The notes under the pieces: generated by a model
The model's database searches: none
Told to the model about the DNA's origin: nothing
Seen by the model: only the letters and a program-made list of their open reading frames with translations
Shown here: piece by piece, positions 1-10,459 of the stretch
Numbering within the stretch: position 1 is the stretch's first letter
Layout of the letters: each line of letters starts with the position of its first letter
DNA from: Obrimoposthia wandeli
Taxonomy: Eukaryota
DNA length: 64,000 nt
Assembly: GCA_977020255.1 (NCBI GenBank)
Contig: CDROCS010001760.1
Span: 62,001 to 126,000 of the forward strand
Direction: 5' to 3'
Translations under genes and position numbers: made by a program

Positions 1-135
1 ATTCAGTAATATAAACGTTAGACATAAAATGTAGTGCTCTGGCATGCAAAGTCGCATTCTGATGGTATGACCAGTTTTAAAGCTTCAGATGATAAAAATC
101 AAGAGGTTTAATCAAAACAATGCCAACTATATGTT

Positions 136-162
136 TGATCTGAATTTGTGCTTGTCTCGTAT
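136..162 (+). promoter_or_regulatory. RpoE(ChrR-type) ECF sigma promoter
   Basis: TGATCT (136-141), 16-nt spacer, CGTAT (158-162); same geometry as the promoter upstream of rpoE itself. Confidence 0.75.
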
Positions 163-263
163 TACTTGTTAATAGTAACGTAGCGTTAGTAAATTGCATT
201 ACGTTTGAGTCATTGTTTAATTAGTTGTTCAACTAATTTTTGATTTCTAGGAGTAGTAAATAA

Positions 264-881
264 TTGTTCTCACATAAATTGTTAGGCGTTATATTCGACC
301 TTGACGACACCTTGGTATCGTCGTCTTTAAACTTTGATAAGATAAGAAAGTCGCTAGGTTGCCCACAAAATATCGACTTACTAGATTTTGTTGCTGCCTT
401 GCCTGCTGATCAGAAAATTGATGCCAATGAGCAATTGCTTACCTACGAAATCAATGATGCCATGAATGCTACAAATATGCCTGGTACTGAGCAATTATTG
501 GCGTTGTTGTCTAATTTAGCTATACCTTGCGCTATTGTTACCCGTAACTGTCGCCAAGCAGCTGCAATTAAAGTGAGCAATAACAATCTTGATATTGCAC
601 TGGTATTAACCCGTGAAGATCACAAAGCAAAACCCGCACCAGATGCGCTATTACATGTTGCAAAGTTATGGCAACTAGCACCAGAAAATTTACTTTATGT
701 TGGTGACTACTTATATGATTTACAAGCCGCGAACAATGCCAAAACAATGTCGAGTTTAGTGACCAATGGTAAAACGCTTGATTATGCTCATTTAGCGGAT
801 ATTGTTGTTGATAACCTGATTGAGCTAAGCGATAAAATTCAAGCCGAGTTTGTTGCTGATTCGGTTCATGTTGTTAGTTAG
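264..881 (+). CDS. HAD-IA family hydrolase (phosphoglycolate-phosphatase-like)
   Basis: Motif I IFDLDDTLV, VTRN, KAKPAPD, YVGDYLYD; TTG start with AGGAG upstream. Confidence 0.85.
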   Translation: MFSHKLLGVIFDLDDTLVSSSLNFDKIRKSLGCPQNIDLLDFVAALPADQKIDANEQLLTYEINDAMNATNMPGTEQLLALLSNLAIPCAIVTRNCRQAAAIKVSNNNLDIALVLTREDHKAKPAPDALLHVAKLWQLAPENLLYVGDYLYDLQAANNAKTMSSLVTNGKTLDYAHLADIVVDNLIELSDKIQAEFVADSVHVVS

Positions 882-936
882 TTGTTGTTGGCTAGTTGAT
901 TAAATAGTGATTTTTTAGTGATAAACAGGCGGGAAC

Positions 937-1554
937 ATGCGAAATATTACCAGGTTGTTATTGTTATCTATCAGTACCTTTAGCACTGCTCAAGGTTATG
1001 CTTGGCAGCAAGGGGATCTACAAATTAATCAGCAAAAAATTATCACTTCGAATAGCGAGAACGCCTTTATGATTGATTTTTCTCAGCAACACCGCCTTGA
1101 TAGCTGGCGCATTACTAATGATGGCGTAATGGGAGGAAAGTCCAAAGGCGAATTTTTATTGCAGGACCACAAGGCGTTATTTAAAGGTGATATTTCTCTG
1201 GATAATAATGGTGGCTTTAGTTCGGTATTTCACTCGATAGAGCCCTTGGCTGAAGCCCTAGATCAAGTCACTATTGATATCGAAGGCGATGGCTTAACTT
1301 ATCAACTCAGGATGGTGGTAAATCATGAAGGTTATCGCTTATCTTATAAACATGATTTTACTACCTTAGTAGAGCAACGACAAACCTTGCGTTTTTCTTT
1401 GGCTGACTTTCAAGCATCTTTTCGGGGCCGCATTCTTGATAACGCGCCGAGATTATTATCACAAGATATTCGCGAAATTGGCTTTTTAGTGACGAACAAG
1501 AATGCCGGGCCTTTCGAGCTAACTATTTTTAGTGTACAGCTCGCTAAAAAGTAA
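937..1554 (+). CDS. CIA30 family protein with N-terminal signal peptide
   Basis: WRITNDGVMGGKS and LDNNGGFSSV motifs typical of CIA30; hydrophobic leader. Confidence 0.85.
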   Translation: MRNITRLLLLSISTFSTAQGYAWQQGDLQINQQKIITSNSENAFMIDFSQQHRLDSWRITNDGVMGGKSKGEFLLQDHKALFKGDISLDNNGGFSSVFHSIEPLAEALDQVTIDIEGDGLTYQLRMVVNHEGYRLSYKHDFTTLVEQRQTLRFSLADFQASFRGRILDNAPRLLSQDIREIGFLVTNKNAGPFELTIFSVQLAKK

Positions 1555-1569
1555 CGGGTGTTAAATGAT

Positions 1570-1610
1570 AGCACTGTACTTGAGCTGCTATGCTGTTGAA
1601 GTACAGTGCT
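1570..1610. terminator. Stem-loop between convergent genes
   Basis: AGCACTGTACTT...AAGTACAGTGCT 12-bp inverted repeat. Confidence 0.5.
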
Positions 1611-1722
1611 GTAGAAGCAAAGTTTTTGAGATAGAACACTTTCGAATTAAAGCGCTTTCGAATCAAGGTATTATAAAAAATGAGCGCTATCAAGAGGCAG
1701 CATAGAAACTATGCTGCTATTC

Positions 1723-2469
1723 CTACCAATTAATAACTTCGCCTTGCCAGTCAAGGTAGCTTGCTGTTTGGTCTAATGGCGCATCTTCAACAATATTTAG
1801 CAGCTGTTGAGCCACAAATTCAGCGCTAAAAAGTTTATTCGCGGGCACATTTTTTTGAAAAGGTTTGGATAACGGTGTATCAGTTGTCCCCGGATGAAAA
1901 GCAATTAACTTGATGTTCTTTGCGCGTCGAGCAAGCTCTATTGATGCAGTTTTTACCATCATATTTAATGCCGCTTTAGATGCGCGGTAACTATACCAAC
2001 CACCTAAACGATTATCACTGATACTGCCAACTCGGGCACTAAATAGCACGAATTTGCAGGGTGACTTCCCTGTCAATAAAGGCGTTAACTTTTGTATCCA
2101 CAACATTGGCGTTAATGTGTTTGATGTCATGACTTGTAAAAATGCTTGTGCATCGAAATCTTCTAAGCGCTTTTCAGGTTTAATGCTGTCGCTATGCAAT
2201 ACACCATTGCAGACAAATACGCGACTGATCGGCGCGCTATCAAATACTGCCAATTGTGTCACGGCTTTATCGATTGACTCAGCTTGATAGTCTGCAACGG
2301 TGATTTTTTTTATCTTAGTTGTATCAAGGTCAAAATCGGCATTATCAAAATTGCTGAAGTCTCGGCTAATCAATATCAGCGCGGTATTTTTTTCGGCTTG
2401 TGTTTGTAGCGCAATAGCTTTACCTATGTCGCTATTTGCGCCGATGATCAGTGTTTGTTCGGTTATCAT
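1723..2469 (-). CDS. SDR oxidoreductase, C-factor (CsgA)-like
   Basis: IIGANSDIG, SARVGSISDNRLGGWYSYRASKAALN (YxxxK), HPGTTDT. Confidence 0.9.
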   Translation of the reverse strand: MITEQTLIIGANSDIGKAIALQTQAEKNTALILISRDFSNFDNADFDLDTTKIKKITVADYQAESIDKAVTQLAVFDSAPISRVFVCNGVLHSDSIKPEKRLEDFDAQAFLQVMTSNTLTPMLWIQKLTPLLTGKSPCKFVLFSARVGSISDNRLGGWYSYRASKAALNMMVKTASIELARRAKNIKLIAFHPGTTDTPLSKPFQKNVPANKLFSAEFVAQQLLNIVEDAPLDQTASYLDWQGEVINW

Positions 2470-2857
2470 AACAAGTTCCTGAAGTGCAGTGAGTGGTTTT
2501 TATATTGAATATTTTAGCCAGCAGAACCGAGATTTGGTGGCGATATTTAGCTAGCAATAAATACACAGCATGGCTTATTTCTTTAAATATTGGCCAATTT
2601 AGTGGTGCAACCCAAAAACCTTTGCCGACCAAAGTCCAAGCACGATGTGTAACCTCAAGGCCGAGCAAAAGTTGTCCGTTATAATGGCCATGTAAAATTT
2701 TCATGGCTTGATCAAAACTAACGTTAGGGTAGAGCAAAGCAAAACCTTGCTGGTGTATGTCGACTAAATTAATAAGCTGGTTATTATCATATTTTTTTAA
2801 CTTTGCCATTTCTGTCGCGCACATTGGGCAATGGCCGTCATAAAAAATTGTTAGCAT
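2432..2857 (-). CDS. DUF393 / DCC-family thiol-disulfide oxidoreductase
   Basis: IFYDGHCPMC (DxxCxxC) N-terminal motif. Confidence 0.88.
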   Translation of the reverse strand: MLTIFYDGHCPMCATEMAKLKKYDNNQLINLVDIHQQGFALLYPNVSFDQAMKILHGHYNGQLLLGLEVTHRAWTLVGKGFWVAPLNWPIFKEISHAVYLLLAKYRHQISVLLAKIFNIKTTHCTSGTCYDNRTNTDHRRK

Positions 2858-2932
2858 GAAATATCTCCAAAATACTTTGTTGATAGATGGTTAACGTTTA
2901 TCTATCTGAGCCGGCGTACTTCACCTGACTTG

Positions 2933-3598
2933 TTAGGTGAATAACTGCTCCGCCTCACCGTCAAGTGATAGTTTAGTCAGCAGTTGCTCTGGTTTAGCAT
3001 AGCTTAAACGCGATAGCCTTTTACTGGTGTGGTAGCTGTCTAAGCCAGAAACCATGACAGTATTTAATGATTCAATGTCAATATAACCATCGTCTTTAAT
3101 GGCTTCTTCTGGGCACATAATGTGAGTAATTTCGCCAATCACTAATAAGGTACCATTGAGTTCAATAGGGACTATTTCTTTTAGCGTTAACGAGTATTTT
3201 AGCTGACTTTCCTTAACGAATGGCGCATCAACACCTTCGATAATTTCAGGCGTTAATCCTGTTTGTTTAAATTCACATTCGTCAGCACTATAGTTTGCAG
3301 ACGTTTGGTGAGCCGCACGCCAAAAACTCTCATGCACTTGATTAATAGTAAAATTTTTAGTCTGCTGAATATTTTCTAGAGTATGACGTTCAACACTGTG
3401 TGGACGAGTAATAAAGCCGACTAAAGCAGGGGAAGCACCCAGATGAAAAACCGAACTAAAAATAGCCAAGTTATTAACACCTAAGTTGTTGCGGGTGCCA
3501 ATAAGGTTAGCACTTTTGAACCCAGACAAGCTATTGATGACATGAGCACGGTAACGTGGTGCCATGTTACTCAGTTCATTACTATTGATATTTTGCAT
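2933..3598 (-). CDS. Flavin reductase family protein
   Basis: INSLSGFKSANLIGT, NLAIFSSVFHLGASP, FTINQV. Confidence 0.85.
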   Translation of the reverse strand: MQNINSNELSNMAPRYRAHVINSLSGFKSANLIGTRNNLGVNNLAIFSSVFHLGASPALVGFITRPHSVERHTLENIQQTKNFTINQVHESFWRAAHQTSANYSADECEFKQTGLTPEIIEGVDAPFVKESQLKYSLTLKEIVPIELNGTLLVIGEITHIMCPEEAIKDDGYIDIESLNTVMVSGLDSYHTSKRLSRLSYAKPEQLLTKLSLDGEAEQLFT

Positions 3599-3636
3599 TT
3601 ACCTGTGGCCGTATAAATTTCCTTAGTGGTTAATTA

Positions 3637-3663
3637 TTACGTAATTAAGCACTTTTACGATCA
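3637..3663 (-). promoter_or_regulatory. RpoE(ChrR-type) promoter
   Basis: Minus strand TGATCG, 16 nt, CGTAA upstream of the flavin reductase-DUF393-SDR genes. Confidence 0.75.
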
Positions 3664-4144
3664 CTTATGTATTAACTCAGTGACAATTAACTGTGTTGAG
3701 AAGTATTAATGAGCATGCTAGCAAAGGTAAAAAATTTGTCTTAAAGGTCACTGATAATATTTTTCGAGGGAGTTGTAGTGGTTTATTTGTTAGAGTTTTT
3801 TTCATTTTAAAAGTTTAAAAAGGTCTTTCGAAACCTAGTTTTTTTCTGATAAATTATTATAGCGACAAAGCTGTTTCTAGTGACAATAGTAGGCGCTGTT
3901 AACACACCGGCAGATTAGAAAAATTAAACTAATATTTGTAACCTAGCCATAGCGTTAAAAGCATTTCTATCGTGTTAATTATTTTTTGAAATTAAAAACA
4001 TATTGAAAACTTAGCTGCTAGTATTATATTCAATATACTTCAACTCGACGAGGTAACGTCCTTCAGAAGTATATAGTTTATTAAACTTATATGTTCAGGT
4101 TATCAATAATAAGCACTAAAAAGTGCACGAGATAACATCAGAGG

Positions 4145-5155
4145 TTGAACGTTTTGCATACAAAAAATTCATTATTATCACTAATCATTGTACTAATTAT
4201 TATCGGCCTTGGGATTATCTCTTTTGATCTACAACATCTTTGGAGCAAGCCTAGGTATCACGTCACAATTGCAGTCTCAAAAACCCCTTTATCTAGTCCC
4301 TTTTATGTTGCTGAATCTATTAACGCCTTTGATGAAACCTGCGTTGAAGTCGAATATAAGGAAGTTGTAGGAGGAAAAGTTGCTTTTGATAAAGTGATGA
4401 ACAGCGAAGTCGATTTTGGCACTAGTTCTGACTCTGTTATTGCTTTTCAAACGCTAACTGACAATGCTTTTGTCACCCATGCAATGTTTGTACAGTCGGA
4501 TAATGATGTGAAGTTAGTCACTCGCACAGTTGATAACTTTAGATCTACAGAGGATCTAAAGGGTAAAAGAATAGGCGTTACCAAAGGAACGTCCAGTGAA
4601 TATCTGTTAAGTACTTTACTTGCTATTGAAGGTTTAAGTTTTGAAGATGTTGAACTGTATCACTATAAGCCAGAAGAGTTGATAAAGGGGTTTCAAAATA
4701 ATGAGGTAGATGCGATTCTTCCGTGGGAACCCTTTGTTTTTGAAGTGTCACAATTACTCGGTGAGCAAGTCAAGATTCATGATACTAAAAGCTTAAGTAC
4801 CTTGAGTTTCAATTTAATATCTCAAACGGCAGATGGTCAGTTGGTAGAGAAAGCAACGTGTGTTATCCAGGGGTTACGTACCGCTATAGACTATATTGCA
4901 CTGTACCCAGAAGAAGCTAAAAAAATAGTTATCGCTGAACTTGATTTAGAGCCTGCATTTATTGATTGGGTTTGGCCTGATTATATTTTTAAACTTGGTT
5001 TAAATCAGTCATTGGTACTCAACATTCGATCACAAGCGACTTGGGCGATGGAAACACAAATGAGTGAACCGAGGAGCATTCCGCATTCAGAGCATTTTGT
5101 CGATAGTCGAGCATTGCTACAAGTTGACCCTGGGGCTGTAAATATATCACGGTAA
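4145..5155 (+). CDS. ABC-type substrate-binding protein (NMT1/SsuA-like) with N-terminal membrane anchor
   Basis: DLKGKRIGVTKGTSSEY, DAILPWEP motifs; one N-terminal hydrophobic helix; no permease or ATPase nearby. Confidence 0.75.
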   Translation: MNVLHTKNSLLSLIIVLIIIGLGIISFDLQHLWSKPRYHVTIAVSKTPLSSPFYVAESINAFDETCVEVEYKEVVGGKVAFDKVMNSEVDFGTSSDSVIAFQTLTDNAFVTHAMFVQSDNDVKLVTRTVDNFRSTEDLKGKRIGVTKGTSSEYLLSTLLAIEGLSFEDVELYHYKPEELIKGFQNNEVDAILPWEPFVFEVSQLLGEQVKIHDTKSLSTLSFNLISQTADGQLVEKATCVIQGLRTAIDYIALYPEEAKKIVIAELDLEPAFIDWVWPDYIFKLGLNQSLVLNIRSQATWAMETQMSEPRSIPHSEHFVDSRALLQVDPGAVNISR

Positions 5156-5168
5156 ATAAGGGGGGGTT

Positions 5169-6452
5169 ATGAAGTTAAGTTTACAGCAACAAATTTACTT
5201 TTTTACGTTAAGTAGTTGCTTGTTTTTTATTTTATTGGTGTTCAGTACTTTATGGTCAATTCAAGTCCTGGAAGTTGCTTTAGAAAGAGAGCGCTATGCC
5301 AATAAAGTCGAGAACCATACTAATATTTTAAAGCAATTCATTAGCAGTGAAGATATTTATGCTGAAGATTACAATACGGACGATTGGTTAGCTTTAGAGC
5401 GAAGGTTCTCGAGCTTACTCAAACTCACGCCAAATTTGACAGCGCAACAGCAAACCATTCAAAACAGTATAGAAAGTCAAAATAAGAATGTACTGCGTCT
5501 ATTTAATGCCATAAATAAAAACAAATTAAAAAATGCTAATGACAGTATTAAAAAGCATTTGAAAGTCAGGCTAATAACACAGCTTGAGGCCATAAAATCT
5601 GATTCAATACAGCTTTATACGATTGTGCAAAAAGATATTAATCGTATTGTTAGGCAACAAATTATAATTATTTTATCTGTTTTGGCTTTTAGTCTTTTTA
5701 TTTTGCTTTATGGTGGTTTTAAGTTAAGTAAAGTATTTAGAACATCGCTGAATGAAGTTAAATTAGCCTTTTCAAAAAACCGCAGTGGTAGTTTTCAAAA
5801 GATAGAGCTTTCAATTGCGTCTGAAGAATTTGAAAGTATCGCTAATGCTTTTAATGATATGAATAAAGAGTTGAGTGAAACGACAATATCTTTGGAGTCG
5901 ATGACAAAAATTGTTGCTGAAAGAACAAAGGTATTAGAGCAGTTATCTAATACCGACCCGTTAACTAAAGTCGCCAATCGTCGGGCATTATTTGAACGAG
6001 GTCATGCTGAATTTTCTCGCGTTCAAAGAAGTAAAAACCCCTTTACGGTGATTTTACTCGATTGTGATTTATTTAAGGCGATAAACGACGATTTTGGTCA
6101 TTTATTTGGTGATGAAGTACTGAAGCATATTTGTAAAATATGTACTGAGGAAATACGTAATATTGATTTTTTTGCTCGCTATGGTGGTGAAGAATTTATC
6201 ATTATTCTACCTAATAGTGAGGTGAATGGTGCTATAAAAACAGCTGAACGTATCCAGTGTTCTCTGGTTAATAATAGTATTGAATTTGAAGGCAAAGAGA
6301 TCCCTGTTACTTTAAGTATGGGAATTTGTACTCTTAATGAAAAGCACACTAATTTTGAACAGTTAATAAAGGATGCTGATGCTGCCATGTATAAAGCCAA
6401 GGAGAATGGCCGAAATAGGATCGAAGTTGCAGATAACGAATTAGATATTTAA
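5169..6452 (+). CDS. Membrane-bound diguanylate cyclase (two TM helices, HAMP-like linker, GGDEF)
   Basis: TDPLTKVANRR, RNID I-site, RYGGEEF, ADAAMYKAKENGRNR. Confidence 0.92.
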   Translation: MKLSLQQQIYFFTLSSCLFFILLVFSTLWSIQVLEVALERERYANKVENHTNILKQFISSEDIYAEDYNTDDWLALERRFSSLLKLTPNLTAQQQTIQNSIESQNKNVLRLFNAINKNKLKNANDSIKKHLKVRLITQLEAIKSDSIQLYTIVQKDINRIVRQQIIIILSVLAFSLFILLYGGFKLSKVFRTSLNEVKLAFSKNRSGSFQKIELSIASEEFESIANAFNDMNKELSETTISLESMTKIVAERTKVLEQLSNTDPLTKVANRRALFERGHAEFSRVQRSKNPFTVILLDCDLFKAINDDFGHLFGDEVLKHICKICTEEIRNIDFFARYGGEEFIIILPNSEVNGAIKTAERIQCSLVNNSIEFEGKEIPVTLSMGICTLNEKHTNFEQLIKDADAAMYKAKENGRNRIEVADNELDI

Positions 6453-6577
6453 TCTTTTACCTATTAAATATCTAATTGTACATCCTCAATATTAATCCTG
6501 AGTCAGGGCAGCAATAGGCAAACCTATTTTTAAACACCATGATTACTGCAAATTAATGGCTAGTAAGCAATTGTTAA

Positions 6578-8350
6578 TCAGAGAGAGCTTTTATCAGCAA
6601 CAATATTATTATTAGATATCCACACCGTCTGATAGGGCGCTAGCATCAGCTCTTGAGTTAATTCTGTTATTTCTTTTCCACTAATCAGTTCATGCCATGT
6701 TTCAGTCACAATTAAATTTAACTCGCTTAATGGTAATACTATTGGCTGATTTGAAATGTTACTAATACAAAAAATACTTTGTTTTCTATTTTGGCTTTGT
6801 CGCCAAAAACCGAATAGTTGTAAGCCTAAATGCAAAGTGAATTGGGTCGCATTAGGATGAAATGCTGGCTGTTTAATACGAGTATTTAATAGTGCTTTTA
6901 AAGTGGATAGCACCTTTGAATGATGCAAATCGTTATTCGCTAAAGCTGCCTCTAGCGCATCTTCTTGCCAACTATGACGGTTAATCGCTCGGTTGTGATG
7001 GGTATTCGACAGCTTTTTATAATCATTTTGCGTTCCTAGCATGCTATGAATATAAACTCCCGGTACACCTTCAAGCGCAAACATAATGGCATGAGCACAA
7101 ATAAAGCGTTCAAAATTCCATTGATCTTTGCCTTCAACAGTACCTTGTAAAGCATCATAAAGGGCAATATTCATTTCATAGGCTTTCTGTTCGCCCGTGT
7201 CAGATGTTCGCCATGAAATTTTACCGCCAAAGTTTTCGATGGTATGAATTAAGCTATCAAGTTCATCGTCACTTAATAACCCTTCTGCAGGACGTAAACC
7301 AATACCGTCATGCGAGGCAATAAAGTTGAAATACATGGTGCCATCTTGTGATGGCGGCATGCTCATTAACCAGCGCTTTAAATACAAGCAGCTACCGGTT
7401 AGTAAAGTATTTATCAGTAATGGCGGTAATGAAAAGTTATAAATACCATGTGCTTCATTAGCGTTACCAAAGTAGGTTAAGTTTTGGGTATTTGGAATGT
7501 TCGTTTCGGTAATAATAATAGCTTTGGGATCAGCAGACTCAATTAACGTACGTAATAACCTAACAACTTCATGGGTTTGGGGTAAGTTAATACTGCTAGT
7601 GCCGACTATTTTCCATAAAAATGCGATAGCATCAAAGCGAAATATTTTGACGCCACTATCAAGGTATTGTCGAATAATGGAAGTAAATGCTTTTAGCACT
7701 TCAGGGTTACGAAAATCAAAGTCGACTTGGTCATGACTAAAAGTACACCAAACAAATTTTTGACCCGCACCCGTCATAACCTCTTTTAATAACGGCGATG
7801 TTCGTGGTCGAACAACGTGAGATAAGTCATCATCTAACAGGGCAGTAAAAAAGAAATCGTGCCCTATGCCTTCACCTTTAACAAAATTATCGAACCAAAC
7901 ACTGCGGCTAGAACAATGATTGATCACCAGATCAGACATCAGCTGATACTCTTGACTGATTGCTGATATATCTTGCCACGTACCTAGTGACTCATTGACC
8001 GAGGAATAGTCAATAACCGAAAAGCCATCATCAGAGCTATAGGGAAAAAAAGGTAAAATATGAACACTGTTAATGGTGTTTTTAATATGATTATCTAAAA
8101 ACTTCTTTAAAGTATGCAGTGGCGGTTGAGCCTTTTTAATGATGCTATCACCATAGGTGATCAAGACAATATCCGCTTCTGACCAATGGTTGGTAAAAGG
8201 CTTCGCTGAATCTACATCACTTGAGAGTCGCATAACGTCGAGCAGTGAATCAGCTATTTCAGCCTCAGATTGCTGAAGCTCTACATCATGGTAAATAGTT
8301 GAAAGCTGCTGAATCAACTTGTTTTTTAATGTTTCAACCGGCGCTGACAT
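6578..8350 (-). CDS. GH13_18 sugar phosphorylase, probably glucosylglycerate phosphorylase
   Basis: [47 protein letters not shown]; gene context. Confidence 0.85.
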   Translation of the reverse strand: MSAPVETLKNKLIQQLSTIYHDVELQQSEAEIADSLLDVMRLSSDVDSAKPFTNHWSEADIVLITYGDSIIKKAQPPLHTLKKFLDNHIKNTINSVHILPFFPYSSDDGFSVIDYSSVNESLGTWQDISAISQEYQLMSDLVINHCSSRSVWFDNFVKGEGIGHDFFFTALLDDDLSHVVRPRTSPLLKEVMTGAGQKFVWCTFSHDQVDFDFRNPEVLKAFTSIIRQYLDSGVKIFRFDAIAFLWKIVGTSSINLPQTHEVVRLLRTLIESADPKAIIITETNIPNTQNLTYFGNANEAHGIYNFSLPPLLINTLLTGSCLYLKRWLMSMPPSQDGTMYFNFIASHDGIGLRPAEGLLSDDELDSLIHTIENFGGKISWRTSDTGEQKAYEMNIALYDALQGTVEGKDQWNFERFICAHAIMFALEGVPGVYIHSMLGTQNDYKKLSNTHHNRAINRHSWQEDALEAALANNDLHHSKVLSTLKALLNTRIKQPAFHPNATQFTLHLGLQLFGFWRQSQNRKQSIFCISNISNQPIVLPLSELNLIVTETWHELISGKEITELTQELMLAPYQTVWISNNNIVADKSSL

Positions 8351-8356
8351 AATTTT

Positions 8357-9604
8357 TTATTCCTTCGCTGCTGCATTGAGTGCTTGGCTAAACTCAGCAT
8401 TATCAAGTTCTACCGCTTCTTTGAGTTGCGATAAAATATCTGGAATAGCGCTAACAACACGGTTCCATGAAGGAATGAAAGGGGTTTCCATCGGATTCTC
8501 TAAGAAGGTGTTACCCGCGGTTAAAATATTTTCTGCGAACATTTCTACTGCTTTTTCTTCGTTGTGAATATCGAGTGCCAGTCCATTCATCATGGCGTCA
8601 TTACGATAGGTTTCAACATAATCTAAGGCAATGCGATAGTAAGTGGCTTTTAAGGTTCTAAATTTTTCAGATGTGAACGTTTCACCTTGAGTCGCCAATT
8701 TACGAATAAAAGCTTTGCTGATATCTATCGACATTTTTGACAGACCTCCAGCGGTATTATCTAGTGATAAATCCTGATGTTTATGGTCATAAGTTGCGGC
8801 GATATCAACTTGGCATAAGCGATTTGGAGAGTAGTTACGGTACATCTCAGATAATACGCCAATTTCTAAGCCCCAATCACTTGGAATACGAATATCACTT
8901 AGTACGTCTCGACGAAAAGAAAACTCACCAGCTAATGGATATAAGAAACTGTCCATGTATTCAAGGTAGTCGCAATGGCCCACCGTTTTTTTCAAGGCTT
9001 TAATCAGTGGCGTTACCAATAAGCGAGAAACACGACCATTTATTTTCCCTCCGGCGACACGGGCGTAAAAACCTTTGGCAAATTCGTAGTTAAATAATGG
9101 GTTCGCTACCGGATAAAGTAGTCGGTCGAGTAACTCTTTTTCATAAGTTAAAATATCACAGTCATGTAAGGCGATAGATTCTGCTTTTCCTGACGATAAA
9201 ATATACCCCATGCAATACCAAACGTTACGCCCTTTGCCGAGCTCTTTGGGGGCTAAGCCTAACGCTTGTAATTTCGCATCTATTGCTTGTAATCTTGGGC
9301 CGTCATTCCATAGTACACGGTGATGTTGCGGCAACTGGCCAAAAAATGATAGCGCATGTTTGTATTGTGCTAAATCAGCTCTGTCTAAGCCAATAACAAT
9401 TTCAGACAAGTACTTAACCTGTTTTATTTTACTAATAATATCAGGTAACGCTTTACCTTCTAGCTCAGAGAATAGCGAAGGTAAAATTAGCCCTAGTGAG
9501 CGGGTTTTTGAAAACTCAAGTAACTCATCAGCCATATTCTCTGGTTCGCGCTGAGCCAAGTTATGTAACGTTGTAACCGTACCATTTTGATAGAAATCAG
9601 CCAT
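8357..9604 (-). CDS. gpgS: Glucosyl-3-phosphoglycerate synthase (glycosyltransferase)
   Basis: MADFYQNG start, GKGRNVW, HDCDI, YPLAGEF, DWGLEIG, YDHKHQ. Confidence 0.82.
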   Translation of the reverse strand: MADFYQNGTVTTLHNLAQREPENMADELLEFSKTRSLGLILPSLFSELEGKALPDIISKIKQVKYLSEIVIGLDRADLAQYKHALSFFGQLPQHHRVLWNDGPRLQAIDAKLQALGLAPKELGKGRNVWYCMGYILSSGKAESIALHDCDILTYEKELLDRLLYPVANPLFNYEFAKGFYARVAGGKINGRVSRLLVTPLIKALKKTVGHCDYLEYMDSFLYPLAGEFSFRRDVLSDIRIPSDWGLEIGVLSEMYRNYSPNRLCQVDIAATYDHKHQDLSLDNTAGGLSKMSIDISKAFIRKLATQGETFTSEKFRTLKATYYRIALDYVETYRNDAMMNGLALDIHNEEKAVEMFAENILTAGNTFLENPMETPFIPSWNRVVSAIPDILSQLKEAVELDNAEFSQALNAAAKE

Positions 9605-9616
9605 GATTTACCTCAA

Positions 9617-10459
9617 TTAAATTGTCTGTGAAAGTAGTTGTTTCGCTAAGAGTTGTTGTATCGCTTCTGCCCAACCTTCAGGGCCATATAATTTGGTTTG
9701 AATGGTATTGTATTGTCGATACAGTGGTGGAAAATTGTGTACAGGCGAACGGATTTGCACGGCTATATCTGCCGCTTCTAGCATTGGCGTGTCGTTTTCG
9801 CCATCGCCTAAAGCTATGGTGTAAACCGCCTGATGATTAAAATCCTCACGGTATTGCTCGGTTAACCAGATCAGTGCTTGGCCTTTGTCACAATAATCAC
9901 CAATATGAATAAAACGACCGCCTTGGACAACGCTAGCACCCAATTCAACTAAGTGTTCAATAAAAGCCTTTTTGGTATTTTCGTCACCTAGCCATTGTAC
10001 GGGTTCGCCGTACTGTCGTTGTTTTGCCTGTTCAGCTTGTACTAAATCTAAACCAGTTATTTGGCAGAGAGCTTCAGTAGATAATGTAGAAAAACCGTGA
10101 TATTCATCATGAAATTTTTGGCAATGTTTCGCGAGTAAATCTAACCAATGTTGCCTTGGTAAGCAGAAGGATTTAACCCAATATTCACCAATAACTTCAG
10201 TATCAGCCGGTTGAACCTTAAAGGTATTAATGGGAATAAAAACTGCAGCGCCATTTTCGATAATAAATGGCGTGTTAAGGTTGAGAGTTTTACGAATAAC
10301 GTCCAACTCAGCAAGGGTTTTACTGGTATTTAAAATTACCGGAATATCTACGGCGCTCAATTGCTGTAGCGTTTGGCTCGCGGGGGTAAATTGATAGCTG
10401 TAATGGTCGAGTAAAGTGCCATCTAAATCGCTGAAGATAATGTTTTTTTTAGCATTCAT
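9617..10459 (-). CDS. gpgP: HAD-IIB mannosyl/glucosyl-3-phosphoglycerate phosphatase
   Basis: FSDLDGTLLDH, NTSKT, ENGAA, GGRFIH, ALGDGENDTPML. Confidence 0.85.
   Translation of the reverse strand: MNAKKNIIFSDLDGTLLDHYSYQFTPASQTLQQLSAVDIPVILNTSKTLAELDVIRKTLNLNTPFIIENGAAVFIPINTFKVQPADTEVIGEYWVKSFCLPRQHWLDLLAKHCQKFHDEYHGFSTLSTEALCQITGLDLVQAEQAKQRQYGEPVQWLGDENTKKAFIEHLVELGASVVQGGRFIHIGDYCDKGQALIWLTEQYREDFNHQAVYTIALGDGENDTPMLEAADIAVQIRSPVHNFPPLYRQYNTIQTKLYGPEGWAEAIQQLLAKQLLSQTI

Noticed and set aside
1-25. Possible N-terminus (MSNVYITE) of a minus-strand gene leaving the window
   Set aside because: Only eight codons are visible, too few to support a call
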